NCBI GenBank assembly: GCA_965645245.1
Contig: OZ287071.1
Coordinates: forward strand, 1,116,001 to 1,180,000
Direction of reading: 5' to 3'
Source of the DNA: Massalongia carnosa
Taxonomy: Eukaryota
DNA length: 64,000 nucleotides
A program made the translations under genes and the position numbers. The first letter of the stretch is position 1. Each line of letters begins with the position of its first letter. The notes below the pieces were generated by a model. That model was not told where the DNA came from, searched no databases, and worked only from the letters and a program-made list of their open reading frames with translations. Shown piece by piece: positions 37,140 to 50,404 of this stretch.

Positions 37140-37882
37140 GCAAATACCCAACGATGGAAGGAAATGGATACCGGGGGTAAATTTTCAGTGCGAGCGAATA
37201 TCCCTAGCCCATTGATTTTCGAGGACGAGGTGGGTGGCCACCTATAAACCTTAGGTATACTTACCTAATGCTAGCCACTCTCCAGACTACTTTTGAAAGG
37301 TGGATAATATTGTTCTCGCATCACAGTATAACATGCGGATTGAAAAGTAGTTCCCTTTTTAAAACAAGCGAGTCCTGTCAAACGAATGTATACAGCGAAT
37401 ACTTTACGATTTTTCAAAAAGTCTGTCACAGTTTGAAAGATTCAAGGAATTCCTCAACTCATAGTTGACACAAAGAGATGGTTTCTACATGATTAGCAAG
37501 TTCAGATTCCGTCAAGTTGATTTACAAACTTAAGCTTGTTGCTCTGGGGTAGGAACTATTTTTCAACGCCGTGTGCAAGCTTCCTCCATGAAAACTTTTA
37601 TTCCCTGATGCTCTGAGGCCTTGCCAATTTAGAACACATCTTTGCATCTGACTAGGCTGGGTAGGCAAAACTACTAGTTGCTACCTTTCTTGATGTAACA
37701 CAACCAATCCACCAACCTTCACTTACCTGCAAGCTTTAAGATATTCTCTTATCTGCATTTCTTGAATTCAAGGGTTCAACGAGCTCAGCCAAGCGAGCCA
37801 TTTGCATGTCATTTGGGAGCCGATTATGCTGTAAACCAGTATCAGCCTTTCTGAGTAGTTACTGCCCTAGAGAGTCTCAATA

Positions 37883-40400
37883 ATGGCCGAATCTTCTATG
37901 ACAAAAGCGGACTTCTACTCTTATAAATATCTACTCTTAGAGTGATTCCTGACTCTGTAAGATAAGACACCTCTTCAAGTTATCTGATTCGTTAAGCATT
38001 GAACCAATTTGTACTTTTTCTAGGCTGCGAGGTTTTTTTGCCAGTTTCGCCCCTTCTCTTCATCCAATCTACTACCGAATCAGCGATCTACCCACTTGCA
38101 ATTGCCTCCCTTCGATTACTTCAACTTAGACCAAGTTCAACGCGTTGTCAGACGTAGATCGTCCCAGCCGATGTGTGACTACGACCCCAACATAACCTAT
38201 CGATCTGACAATTTGATGATTCATCGGAGGGACTGGAATACTCATGTTCAGATAAGTAAAACTATCACATTGACGAGCATTCAAAGTGCAGACTGCGCTG
38301 CCTCAAACCCTTCCAATAGCACATCTATTGGACCTCATTATATTCTCATCTACTGGCACTACTGACCCTGGCACCCTCAATATCTTGCTCCCAAGATATT
38401 AGATACTACTGGTCTGGCCGATTCTGTTCATGCATGAATCGAATCTGTCATAATCAAGCTCATATAAGAGATTTATGTACGCTCGCACAGATCAGCATTC
38501 AAATGGCCTGGTTGCTGACGTTTGAGCTACATTTGGAGCTATAGCCAATAATAATTTAAAGCTAGACCCATATTCTGGACTACCTTCCTCTTACAAAGCC
38601 CTCATCTCTGCCGCTGTAGCTATTTCCGCCGATGGTACCGATTGCCCTGAACATCAGCCATCAGGTGCGCCTGAGAACCAGCAATGCTGGATAGCGATTA
38701 AAGCAAACCAAGCTTTATCGATTGAGTGCACCACCGAGATGGTTTCAAGATTCTATCAACTTGATTTGATCATTGATGGCATCCTTCGCGCTTCTTGGCT
38801 CTCGACTTCAGTCTATAAGAGCACCAAAGGAGCAGCAACCATACAATTCTCAAAAGGAATCTTCAAAGAAAATATATCTTTAATGGAGAGTATTCTAACA
38901 ACTTCTAGTATAAGCTAAGGTTTGTGAAAAGATGGGTATAGGAAACGGCAGTTGCTTATGATCTTCAAAGCCAAAACCGAGTTTGATGCATTAGTACCAA
39001 AACTGTTGGGGCAATCGAAATTCGAATATCAAAGGTCAATCATGGATTCACCCATAGACACAGCTCAGCTTTACCAGACGACGTGAACACATGGAAATCT
39101 CTACAGCTGAAACATGGTACTGCAAGAGTCCTTCCTACTCACGAGGTTAAGTTAGTAACTATTAAAGCTATCGTTCTGGAGGCAACACTTACAATGAATA
39201 GATTCAAAGATAGAGTGAGGCTCAATGAAACCGAGCGGAAGGCTGTGCATATGAGGATGAGAAAGCCTCGACCTGGGAAATCGCCCTGGGTTGTATTCAA
39301 ATTCCTTTACCGAAATTCAGGTACTTCGATCTAAGAGTTTTTAAACAGTAGCTAATGACTTAGAATCTCTACGCCTCGCGAACATTCTAGATGATGAAAG
39401 TCTAGACGCTGTAGCGAAGATAAGCACCACCGCTTCTGATATCGTAAATCCCACTCGAGTTCAGGGGACAGTCCCTCCAGCACAACCGGAAAACTCTCAG
39501 TTGCCTCATTCAGGCCCTAACAATTCTTGGCACCCCCGAACGCAATCGCCAGAACCAAACCTACCTGTAAACACCATTGGAGCACACTCTCCGGCTGGAT
39601 GTGCAGCCATACCTATAGCTGCTTCTCAAACGCTACTCCGTGTAATCAATCTGCTGTCTTGTTAGCGAAAGTCGGTTGGAGGGCTTAACAGCGTGGGGTT
39701 AAGAGAAGACTCTCAAACGATCAGTAGTCCGATGGCCCTCGACGCTGATAAAATGCACGCTTTTTTGAACAGCGTCACGTCAACAACCCCTTACAGGCGC
39801 TCCGGGTGGATCAGCAGACGAATCAACGCGTTATTCGCCATTAACTCTCAGCGCTGCTCCTTCTCAGCTCCTGTTCCCCCCTTCTCTTGCTAGTACCCAT
39901 TTACTGTGCATGTCATCTATCGGGAGTGATCAATCCAGCAATCCCCGAAAGCGCACAAGCTTAAGTGCCATCACCGACACCATAGCAAAACCCCCCATTT
40001 TGTCGTACCTGCGATCAACAACGATATCTTAAATCGCCGCAAGAAAGACGTGGAAATGCTGTGAGCGGAGGTCAAGGAACTGCAACGTGAGCGCGACGAG
40101 ACAAGGCGCCAGATCGATGAGGAGCAGAGCAAGACTGAAATGCTAGCCGTAAGTTCTGAAAGTCTACGAGTTTTCGTAAAACCTTATATGGAAATCTGTC
40201 TGACGATGAGGCGGCGTAAGCTTGAGACGGAATGGGCTGAGCTTGTGATCTCTAAGGCGGATTTGGAGCGTGAGATCGCCGAGAGCAGGAACGCAGTCGT
40301 TGCTCAACTTGTGGGATGTCTTCCCTTCTTCCTCTTCTTCATCTTTATTTTCTTCTACTTCTTCTTGTCTTCCTTCTGGTTTCCACACGGTTGCGCATAA
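37883..40400 (+). pseudogene. Decayed multi-exon gene of uncertain family (possibly DUF7918-like central region plus coiled-coil tail)
   Basis: Exon-like stretches bounded by GT/AG with in-frame stops (TGA 38435, TGA 38523, TAG 38939, TGA 38984). Motifs VGAIEIRI, LPTHEVKL and PWVVFKFLYRN. Confidence 0.4.
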
Positions 40401-40960
40401 GGTGGAGTTCGTTGCTGATCTGATGGTTCTGTTACGGTAGAGAGCTAACGGCCTTTGGAATATCTAAATCTTCCTTTTGAACTCCCTTTTTGGAGAAGGG
40501 GGGCCTTGAAAGGGCTCGGTTTGGTGTGAAGCTCATTTCGAATCGTTTCATCCATCCCCTTTCTTCTCCAGTGAGCCCAAAAGGCATACATACCTAACTT
40601 ACTGCCACAAAAGACCTGGCGATGTGTTTGCCACTATATCATTGGTTACCATATACCCTCCTAGTTAAATGGCCGAAAATTATAAGGCAACATCTCAAAG
40701 CCCAGAAGGAAGGGAGGAAGGCTCGCGAGCCATCTAGTGACGGTTCTTCCAGATATCGGAACTTGGAGATGCTTGCTACGCATACCTAGAAGACTTCGTT
40801 ATGTGGTTTATTTAGAATAGGTATACTCTTGATAATTAGCATAACTTACGATAATACCAGGCAAGAATGGTTTTCGTAAATGTATCGAGCCTGCTGCAGT
40901 GACCAGTCCTTCCCCAGCCCCAACTCCTAATCTATCGACCATCCAGGCGGAACAGTTCCT

Positions 40961-42598
40961 CTAGAAAACCTCCTCCTTCCTTCTACTCCGCCGGGTCTCG
41001 TAATCCCTTTTCCCATCTCTCTCTCTCTCTCCCTCCCTGTCCCTCTCTCTGTCCCTTCTGTCTCGCCTCCCCCCCCGCCCCTCATCTGTCATCTCCCGAT
41101 CTCGCCTCCGCCCGTCATATTCCCGCCGCTCATGCCTATAACCACCGCTCCCGTATCCATGGTCGTCATCGTCGCGATCTCGTCGCCGGCGATCTTTGCG
41201 CTCTTGCTCTCGTTCTGGGGAACTGCTTCGGCTTCTGCGTCGCTTGGCATGCGACAAGGGAGGGGGGCCGGTTAGCGAGGGACTTCGGTGGCGTTTTGAG
41301 GAGGTGTGGCGATCGTTGTTTCCGTCTACCGAGCGGCTTCGGTCCCGTTGTCGTCGGGATGGGGAGTTTCGGCTGCTGTCGATACGGTCGCGGTCGCGGT
41401 CGCGGTCCTTGTCTCGATGATGGTGTCTCCGATCATGTTTCCTGCCGTCCTCGATCGCTAGCGTCCGATCTTTACGCGCGTTCTTCTTCCCTTCGTCGAT
41501 AGCCAGGTTGCGATCCCGCCTCTCCCGCCAATCCACCTCTTCCCGCTTCCGGGCCTCTTTTTTCTCGTGTAGTTCCTCCTCCGTCAGCATCTCGCCCGTC
41601 TTGAAGTTCCGGAGCAACACGGGATTATACGACTTCTCCACCTTCCTCTTCCCCCCGGCGCCCCTCGCCGCCTTCCCCCATGCACCAAACTCCTCCCCGA
41701 CGCCGCCAGGCACCTCTTTAGCACCGATTCCCAGTAGCGCGGGGCGGCGCTCGACGATCCTAGCGACGCTGATCTGGTTCTTGCGCTTGCCAACCACGTC
41801 GCCTTCCTTCCAACCCATGCCGCGGAGCAGGGCGGCACCAAATTCCTCAATGGGCACAGCGGCGTAGTCGTCTAGGCTTGCAGAGTCCGGGCGCGATGCC
41901 ACGTCCGAGCGGAATGAGTCATCTTCGCTGGCGCCTAGCCTGGTGAAGCTTCCATTCTGGGTGTTGTTGTCTGCATCGTTCGCTGGGATGACGGGGAGGA
42001 CGAGAGTTGATGTTTTGGAGCCGTTTCCCATTAAGGCTTCCAGGGCTTCTTCATCAACCGTTTTTGCTTTAGGAGCGCAACCTTGTGCTATAACTTCTAA
42101 TGTTCGTGCTTCTACCATCGTCACATCCCCATCGTTATCCTCAACCGCTGCCTTGACAAAGTTTAATCCGAAATCCTGCAACGCCCCATTTGCACCTAAT
42201 GTCTTCTCTGTGACAAAATCTTTACCTACTTTTGCAGATTGAACTTCGTTTGGTAAAAGATTCCTCCCTTTCTTCCTGCTCTCTTCGCGCCAATCTCGGT
42301 TTTTCTGCCCCAAAATCACAAGTGGGGCTTTTGCTTTCTCAACGCCATGGATGCTGATCGCACCGCCGGCGGAGTGATCGAATGCAGACACAAGCTGAGG
42401 ACTACGAGTACTGGATTCATTTTCCAAGTCGGAGTCCTCGAGTGAGGAGCGAGGGCGTTTTTTCGGGTTGAGCGGTTTAGGCGATGATGGGTGTAGCTGG
42501 TTGGGTTTGGAGGTCGGTAGGGATATTGAGAATGGCTTTGGAGGGCCCGGGGGAAGTGGTGAGATTGCTGTTTGGGTTGTTGGGCTTGCGGAGGGCAT
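40961..42598 (-). CDS. SPP2: Pre-mRNA splicing factor Spp2 (G-patch), with RD/RS-rich tail
   Basis: DYAAVPIEEFGAALLRGMGWKEG...RRPALLGIGAK G-patch, NRDWR, and YNPVLLRNFKTGEMLTEEEL. Confidence 0.92.
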   Translation of the reverse strand: MPSASPTTQTAISPLPPGPPKPFSISLPTSKPNQLHPSSPKPLNPKKRPRSSLEDSDLENESSTRSPQLVSAFDHSAGGAISIHGVEKAKAPLVILGQKNRDWREESRKKGRNLLPNEVQSAKVGKDFVTEKTLGANGALQDFGLNFVKAAVEDNDGDVTMVEARTLEVIAQGCAPKAKTVDEEALEALMGNGSKTSTLVLPVIPANDADNNTQNGSFTRLGASEDDSFRSDVASRPDSASLDDYAAVPIEEFGAALLRGMGWKEGDVVGKRKNQISVARIVERRPALLGIGAKEVPGGVGEEFGAWGKAARGAGGKRKVEKSYNPVLLRNFKTGEMLTEEELHEKKEARKREEVDWRERRDRNLAIDEGKKNARKDRTLAIEDGRKHDRRHHHRDKDRDRDRDRIDSSRNSPSRRQRDRSRSVDGNNDRHTSSKRHRSPSLTGPPPLSHAKRRRSRSSSPEREQERKDRRRRDRDDDDHGYGSGGYRHERREYDGRRRDREMTDEGRGGRRDRRDRERDREGERERDGKRDYETRRSRRKEEVF

Positions 42599-42864
42599 GG
42601 CTGTAGGATGAAGCTGTTGTTGTTGTAGACTTGGGACCAAAGTTGGGCGTGTAATATCTGTATCAGCTGACTCGTACAAAGTGTGTACCTAGGTAAGGCT
42701 GGTATCCAAAACTTGATCGAGTTATAAGTCCTAATACTGCTATAATAACAATTTTTGGAAAGTTCACTTGAAGGCTGTGACACGTTCTAAAGTGCAGGAA
42801 TCAGATTGGCGATACCCTCAGTTAACTTATCTGAAGCGCTGTGCGTAGTGCCATTTTCGCAAAG

Positions 42865-43800
42865 ATGGAGAAAGATCCTTCGATTTATGTTGTGCTAGAT
42901 CCTTCAGGGGATCTCCAACTGGTAGTTAACGAAGGCGACAAGCAAAAAAAGTTCCATACGTCCTCCAAAGCAATGAGCCTAGCAAGTCCTGTATGGCAAG
43001 CTAAGCTGGATCCTTCAGGCTATTTTATGGAGTCTCGTCCTGAGAACGGTCAAGTTGCTTTACCAGATGATGACGCTGATGCTATCCTTATCGTACTTCA
43101 CATTGTGCACCTTCGGTTTCGTTACATTCCTAATGATATTACGTTTCAAAGGCTCTTGAGCCTTTCTATAGTTTGCGACAAGCATGATACTGTCGAGATA
43201 ATCCGCCCTTGGTTCCTAAATTGGCAAGGACTGTTTGATTCTAGTGCTTGGAAGCCAGTGGACGAAGAGTTACTCTTCATCGCCGGGACGTGATTACTTT
43301 TTCGCTAAACTGCCAGGATACTGGTACTACAAATATTTGTTGATGAAGCAGGAGAGTACTCGACCAACCATGGCCAAGTCCTGGAAGGAAAGATACCTCC
43401 AAGTGTAATTAGTTGTAGGCTCCTTCATTCTGGTCATCTCCCACTGACCTAAGCCTTCGTTCGATGTTCGCTGGAAAGTATTCTCAAGATCCGCAGGAAC
43501 ACAATTCATGCAATGCTGCAAGAGGACCAGAGACCAGGAGCGGTGTGGCGCTCTAATGTACGGCTCCTTGATCAAGACGCTGGAGACCGCCGGGATATGG
43601 CCGGACCACATTGCTGCATCTGCCATTACAATGAGCGGAGGATATCTATTTACGCATTTAATCAGTGCAAGGTTTTTTGTGTTACCGGCAGGCAGGTCTA
43701 AACATAACGAGCATGTTCACTGCAATCTTCAGGACGAGTGGGAGCAGAAATTAAACAATATATACGAATCTATGTTAGGCGAAATTATTGCTCTGCTACC
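42865..43800 (+). pseudogene. Fungal BTB/POZ-domain protein, disrupted
   Basis: LDPSGDLQLVV, SSKAMSLASPVW, LPDDDADAILIVLHIVHLRF and VCDKHD. Stop at 43291 after LFIAGT. The downstream segments ESILKIRRNTI and CGALMYGSL lie in different frames. Confidence 0.7.
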
Positions 43801-45029
43801 AACAACGCTGGGTGAGTCGAGCGGAACACAATCATTTTCTGTTCTTCCATTCCAAACGTATCTTTACGGGGTTAACACTCCCTCCCAGGTGCACCCAGGG
43901 CTTCTCAGCATTAAAAGCTCGAAAGAATACCGTCCACAAGGCCATCCTACTCTCCTATCGACATTTTCTAAAGATGATAAAGTTGACGTCCATATTCGCT
44001 ACATTGACGTGCTCAGTTACTGATGATGGCCTTAAATATAGTCTAGAAATCAGTGTGGTCGCCTCCAGCTCCTGCCGCATATATCATATATTCACCTCTA
44101 GATGTTTATCCATTTCGCTGGCAAGTAGGCGCCGTTCATCAGAAGAAAAGCGGCTCAGGCAAAGCTGTAGTGGTCTGGGGTTTCGGTGCCAACACACCTA
44201 CCTGGCTGGCAGTAAAGCTGAGTGTTCACTATTGTCAGTTCACCAAACACCTCTGGTTTAGTTGACAGAAGAAGCCGACCATCAAACACAGCCATGTTAG
44301 TTGGTTGGCAAAGAAAGAAAGAGAAAATGAGTCTAGGCCTCTACTAAGTCTACCGTCCCTGATCAGTCTACGATCCACCTGTACACCCACTCAACTCATA
44401 TGTACATACCGGAGTTTGGTTTCCTGGCTGCTTTGCCCTGCCTATCAGTGGGTCTACCGAGAATATAGCAGCACTAAAAAATGCTATACTTAGCTTCGCT
44501 GAATCATATACTGAACGAGGTGGTAACGGGGCAAAATAGGGAGAGGGGTGGGCAAAATAAAAGCATCCATCTATCATCAACCTTACCTTTCCACCCTAGG
44601 TTCATAGAAAAGAAGGCTTTCGTTCAAGAGTTATAGCACACACCCAGCAAGAGACCGCACTATTCCCCGTATACTCGGGGCTGCTACAACATCATCCTCA
44701 AGAAGTCTGATGCCAAATTGCAAAGAGGACAAATTCATAAACATCATCATCAAAAGTATCTTCGCTTCATCGATGCAGCAACGCAGCTGCAATGACCCAC
44801 GACATACCATATGTACAAAAAGGTAAAAATGGATCAATTCCAGCACGCTCCTCCTACCTGCTTACCTTACCTCCCGCTTCCAAATACTCCTCTTCTAAAC
44901 CCTTATACCCGCCCCCCCTTTCCCCTCAATCTGTCTCTGAACAGTAATTATATACAAGAAAATGACAAACATGAGGCGCCTCCATCCCCAATACGCTGAA
45001 GAAAAAGGATGTTAAGGAAGAGAGAAACA

Positions 45030-48000
45030 TCAATGCCCCCCAGCCATCTGCACCTGGCTCGGCCTCGGGCTTTGGCTAGGCGGCGGTCCGCCCTGGGCGC
45101 TCCCGCTCCGATGCGTTTGCGGCGTTGCGGCTCTGCTGCCTGCTCTTCCCATCGCCATGGAGCTGGAACTGCGGCTCTGCTGTGACTGTTGGTTCCGCCT
45201 CAGCTGCGCATATTGCTGTGGCAGCATCGGGCTGCCGTTGACGCCGTTCAGCATCGGCTGTTGTGGCTGATGATGCTGTTGCAGCGGGGGGGTGAGTATG
45301 TTGAGAGGTGAGTTGTTGGAGATTGCCGTCATGTTTGGGCCGGCTGCGGCCTGCATGGCGGCGGCGGCAGCCACGGTGGGGTGGTTGACGCGATAATGGT
45401 CGAGGTGTTCGGTAGTCATTTTGATGATTTGTTCGGGGCTAGCTTGGGGATTGCGGTTCTTCAACGTATTCTGGATTTGGTTCACGGCAGGAACAACGCC
45501 GCTGGAGAGACGTTGCGGTTGGGAGTGATTTGTCATTTGAGGGGAAGATGAGGAACCGGTAGGGGCTGAGAGGCCGTTGATGGAGGGACTGCCGGACCGA
45601 CCGTGAAGGCTTCCCAGGAGAGCAGGGTTATTTTGAGACATTAAGTTTAAGTGACCCGTATTGGGAGATAAAGAGTTGCCCGGTTGACCGTTGGGCAGGG
45701 GATGTTGTTGCTGACGTTGCTGCTGCAAATAGCGTTGCTGTTCCGCTTGGACGCGATTGACTTCATGGTAAATGCGCAATTTTTCGGAGCTCATCTGCGG
45801 CGGCAAGCGCTGCTGTTGCAATGTGTGCCCTTGCATCGGCGCATGGGGGACATTCTGAGCATTTGTAGGGGAAGCCCCGTTGGGCTGCGAGCCATTGAGA
45901 ACTCTTGGCATAGGAGGAATTTGACGAACTTGATTTCCTGGACCAACTGAATTCTGCCCGCCAGAAAGAGAAGAGTGGATGTTTGGGCTGGACCCGTTCG
46001 TGGAGCCCGGGATGGGAACCCTAGCAGGCTGCATCCCAGTTGAACTATGCAGTTGTTGAGCGGATTGCTGGTTAGCCTTTTGAACCTGAGCAGCCTAATT
46101 GAGGTTAGTAGCAGTATCTTGGTTATCCTTATGGAGTAGTATTACCTTCTGTTGTTGCATAACTTGCTGCCGGTAAACCCTGGCAGATTCGATAACTTTA
46201 CATTCTCGGTCATACTTGAGTCGGCTGAATTCCTGAGGCGTCTGCATAGCACGTTTGGGCTGGACTGCTTCATTGGATTTTCTCATTGCAGCAAGACCAG
46301 CAACTAATACAGCAGAGCATCAGTATAATAATAGCTTCAATTATGAGATTTTGGACATAAGTCCGGGTCGCGCATGTATTTAATACATTTAGAACGTACC
46401 GTGTTGTTGCTTGTGGAGTGCAGCCTCCCTTTTCTTGGCCAGTTTTCGCATAGCATCGACAAGATGAAGGTATTTGTTGTTCTTCCTTCGATCTACAAGA
46501 TATGGTTGCGTTGTCCTGCGCCGCATAGGTAGATGGGGCGTATTATTGCCTTGATTTTGCTGCATTGCTTGTTGCTGAGCTTCGTGGGTTTTCTGTGCAG
46601 CTTGCAACCTTGATTGGTATGCCTTGAAATATTGAGTCTTCGACATTTCTGCTGGGAGTCCTTCTAAGCCTATCCATCGTTCAAAACATTCCCAAGGAGT
46701 CCTTCGCTCAGCCCCAGAGGAGAACTTTGACGGCGACGAGAGGCAGCTGGAAATCAGTGACCAATTGTAAGCATATTCGCGAACCAGTCTTCGGAGCTCG
46801 TCGTCCTCTGCTTGTGTCCATTGCGAAGATTGACGGGATTCGAAAAAGGTTTGAGAAGGCATGACGTGCTCGGATGGCGGTCTGAATGCATGACCAGCGT
46901 GTATTCGATCTCGTATGTGCTTATTCTCCGGATTGAACAAAGCGACATTTTCCTGCTCCGGACCTATTACATCGCCGACGGACTCTGATTGTAGAAACAA
47001 TCCGGTTGTGAGATTTTGGCTAGAGTCATACGAATCCAGGTAACTATAACGGCTCTTTTTACGGGGCGGGCCTTGTTCGTGTGATCTAATCTTTCCCTGT
47101 ACAAACTTGGAGATAGGTACAACAGGTATCTTCCAAGCAGCGTCAGGTGCAAAATTCTTGATGGAAAGCGCCGACTCCTCGTAATCTATAGAAGGGTGAT
47201 ATAGTGGTAATTCGAGTAGCAACTTCTCTGTCACCGGAGTCTTGTCGACGCCGAAATAGAACATGTCAGGGGCAAGAGAAAATATTGCAGCAGGAGCGCT
47301 CCCTTGCAGAGGCTCCAGGCATGGCGAGCCGCAGTCAGTAGCAACACTGGAATTATCTTCGGCCGATGGAATCAGTTCAGGGGTAGGTGTGGCAAAGGTA
47401 ACTGCTTCGGCCCTTGCAGGCAAGGTTCGCGTTTTGATCTGAAGCGCCAATCGTTCCTTTGACGTGCTCCTAACCCATTCAGCACAAGAATCCGCTGTTA
47501 ACTTGGCAGCTGTAATCTTCCACTTCCTTTCTTCCCTAAAATCTGTCCTCATCCATTTCATTTGGCCGAGCAACACGTCCCAGTGTGCGGTAGGTCTAGC
47601 GGGTTCCGCAGACCGCTCAAGCTGTCGAAGTGACCAGCGATTGGCCGATTGGAGCTGAGAGATCCTCTCTAACATACGGCAATCTTGGTGCTCATGAAAA
47701 CTGGTATAATGATTTGCTGTACTCAAGGTTTTGTGGGCTGATGTGATCAGTGCATGCAGAGGATGTGAAATGGGAGGAGTCGCTGCCTGCATGGCAAATA
47801 GAGGCTGGAGATAGTCTTTCAATTTAGGATGATCTTCATTTGTGTCAGAGCGTGGTGAGTGAGAAGAATCAACGAGTCTCGAGCTTTGGGAAGGCTGCGG
47901 CCGAGCAAAGATCACTGTCGAAAGCTTGCTCCTCTCCTTTCCCTTTATTTCGCCGAGACGAAGCTTGAAGGCTACCGGATCTGGATTGGTACCCGCTGAT

Positions 48001-50028
48001 GCTGATCTTGGAGTCTGAATAGAAGCCTCGTCATCTCTGTGGGACTCGTGATTCGCTCGCTCATAAGGGCTTTTGTCCCCTAAATTGTTTGCAGGTTTTG
48101 GGGTCTCACCCAAAATTTCCGATACCGATTTATGCCGTATTGCACCCGACGAGACTCTCGTAGTCATTCGCTCAGGCAGCGCCTGGGCCTGTACTACCGA
48201 AGAACCTGATCTGCTCTGAATAGACGAGCTAAGAGGGGTATATGGGGTTGCTGTAGATGGTGTTACGGTCTTCTTGCTTGGTAGCGATACTTGGAGCTCC
48301 GAAGTTGTAGGAACCCCTGTATCAATCCGCATAGGCGGTCGACGGCTAAGAGTTAAGTCTTTAGATAGATCTCCTACCATACCTGAAAATGCATGATCTC
48401 TTAACCCTGCCATTGGCTTCATTAAGGATTGCTCAGGGGCATCGTATTCTTTCCTTGGGGTATCTCGTTGAACCAAACCTGTGTCATCGATTGAGTTGTG
48501 GACGGAGACATCCTCATCTTCTCCGCCTAATTCACTATGGACGAACTGGGAGGATTTGTTGGTCAGTGCCTCAGCCGGCCTGGAATGAATCTCCGCCTTG
48601 CTTAAAGGGTCTGGCGCATTTGATGGTAGCTTGAAATTTTGCATAGACTGGGCCTCCTCAAGTCGTAACTGTTCATCAGCAGTGGAAGGAGTCCCTGCGA
48701 ATTTAGGCGCCACTTGTGAGATCGCCGGCTGCAACGTGCGATCCGAATCCGGCTGTGTGACCGTTCCCAAATCATTCTTTCTCAAGCCTGAAGAATCGAA
48801 AAGGTTGCCCTTTAGATCTTGGGGAGCTGGGAACGAATCATGGCTTGAATCTTCCGTACCTGAAATTAAGTCAGGGTTCGCATTTGCAACACTTCGTTCC
48901 GTACGGCTTGACGAATCTAGGGTATCAGAAGCTTGCGTAACTACTAATAGCCGAGATATATCACTTGAGCCGTTCAATTGAACATCCAAGGTTTCGGCGT
49001 TTTGCTTTACTCCTGTATCGCATCCACCAGATGTAAGATTATCTACTTGCAACTCTTCAGCCCCCTTCGTTCGTGAATTTGCTGTCAATGAGTTATCCGA
49101 TATCTGGGCAGGCGTCAAGGCTGTCGCAACAGGCGCGGGAGTAGGAGCGACATTATGAGACGCTGAAGGTATCGTCCCAGCATTAATGCCATGCTTTGTG
49201 GGGGTTTCTTCAGAAGGCTCGTCCAGGCCTGATCTCACTGGTTGAGACGTAAGAGGCGAGGGATCAACGATATAAGCCTCTTCATAGTCTTGGTGGTTCG
49301 CCTCCCCGTGTGTTTCCCCCTCATTTGATCTAGGCTGCACATGTAAGCCGGCTCCATTCTCCCCTCGCAGCGAGATTTCCTCGACAGCCGAAGTTCGGTT
49401 TGGAATCGAAGCCCTACGATGGGAAATCCTTTGGTCTATACCGCCAAGAGTCGTCCCTGACGTATGTTGCTTGGCCTTTTCGATTCCATGATTTGTACCA
49501 TTGTCCTGATTATGCAACGGCTCGACGACTCTCTGCTCTACACTATCCGAGCCTTGAAGTAGGTCCTGCGAAAGCTGTAACGAACGTGATGGTTGAACCT
49601 TAGTGTAAGGTAAACCTTGCGAAAAGTTGGTACCATGGAGTGAAGGTAGGGTCGAAGGGTCGAAGAACCGTCCTCTGTTGGGTCAAACGACGATTAGTGA
49701 AAGATGCCAGTAATTTTAGTACTTTGCCTGCTTACTCCAATATTTTATTTGCCTCCAGGAAAGCAGTTTCACCACCGTCATAATATTTAGCGTCATTGAA
49801 GCCCTGACCCTGTACTTTCGCGATTTGCAAGAAAGTTACGGTCGCATGATATAGTTGCCTTAACTTCAACTCTCGAGACGTTATACAGCGACTAAAAATC
49901 CCATAAAATATAATATTAGCGATTTGTTTTTTTCGCATCGAGTCCAAGTAGCGTTTAAGCTGGGTTTGAATATTTAAAACATACGTAAGGTCATCTTGCT
50001 TCGACGTCAGGATCTCTTGTCTGATCAT
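45030..50028 (-). CDS. EAF1: NuA4 scaffold subunit Eaf1/Vid21 (HSA + SANT/Myb domains, Q-rich tail), 5 exons
   Basis: HSA domain RWSLRQ...HWDVLLGQMKWMRTDFREERKWK and SANT domain WTQAEDDELRRLVREYAYNWSLIS...RRTPWECFERW. Confidence 0.95.
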
Positions 50029-50404
50029 CGGATGTATCTCGACAGCATAACATTCCTAATTATTGCGAAAAGCGACAAGGCTCACGGTATTCCATTCATG
50101 AGCAATCAGAGTAATTTATTGCGAAGAATTTATCATTCTGTGTCGTGATTTTCTATCGCAAAAGGTGATGGTGAGGTTATCCTGATGCCGGTCGGGATAG
50201 ATAGGATGAGGGAACGCGTATATCGTCAACATCCTAAGGCCATATCTAATCTTTTGCCCCCAAGCGAGCTGGAAGTAGCTGTTAGTAGCAGTAGCGCTTC
50301 CGCAATTTATCCCCCTCTCAAAATTTAAGAGTTCGCGTAATTTTCTTCAGATAGTGGAATTCAATGCCCAGATAATTCGCTGATAAAAATTTTCAAAGTC
50401 AGTC

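Noticed and set aside
38660..38700. TPP riboswitch-like GGTGC...CTGAGA
   Set aside because: The downstream conserved elements (CCTGATC, TAAT...GCG) are missing. It fits an intron branch point plus CAG acceptor better, and no thiamine gene is nearby.
43970..44265. Possible small secreted protein (MIKLTSIFATL...)
   Set aside because: No convincing exon structure or recognisable motif.
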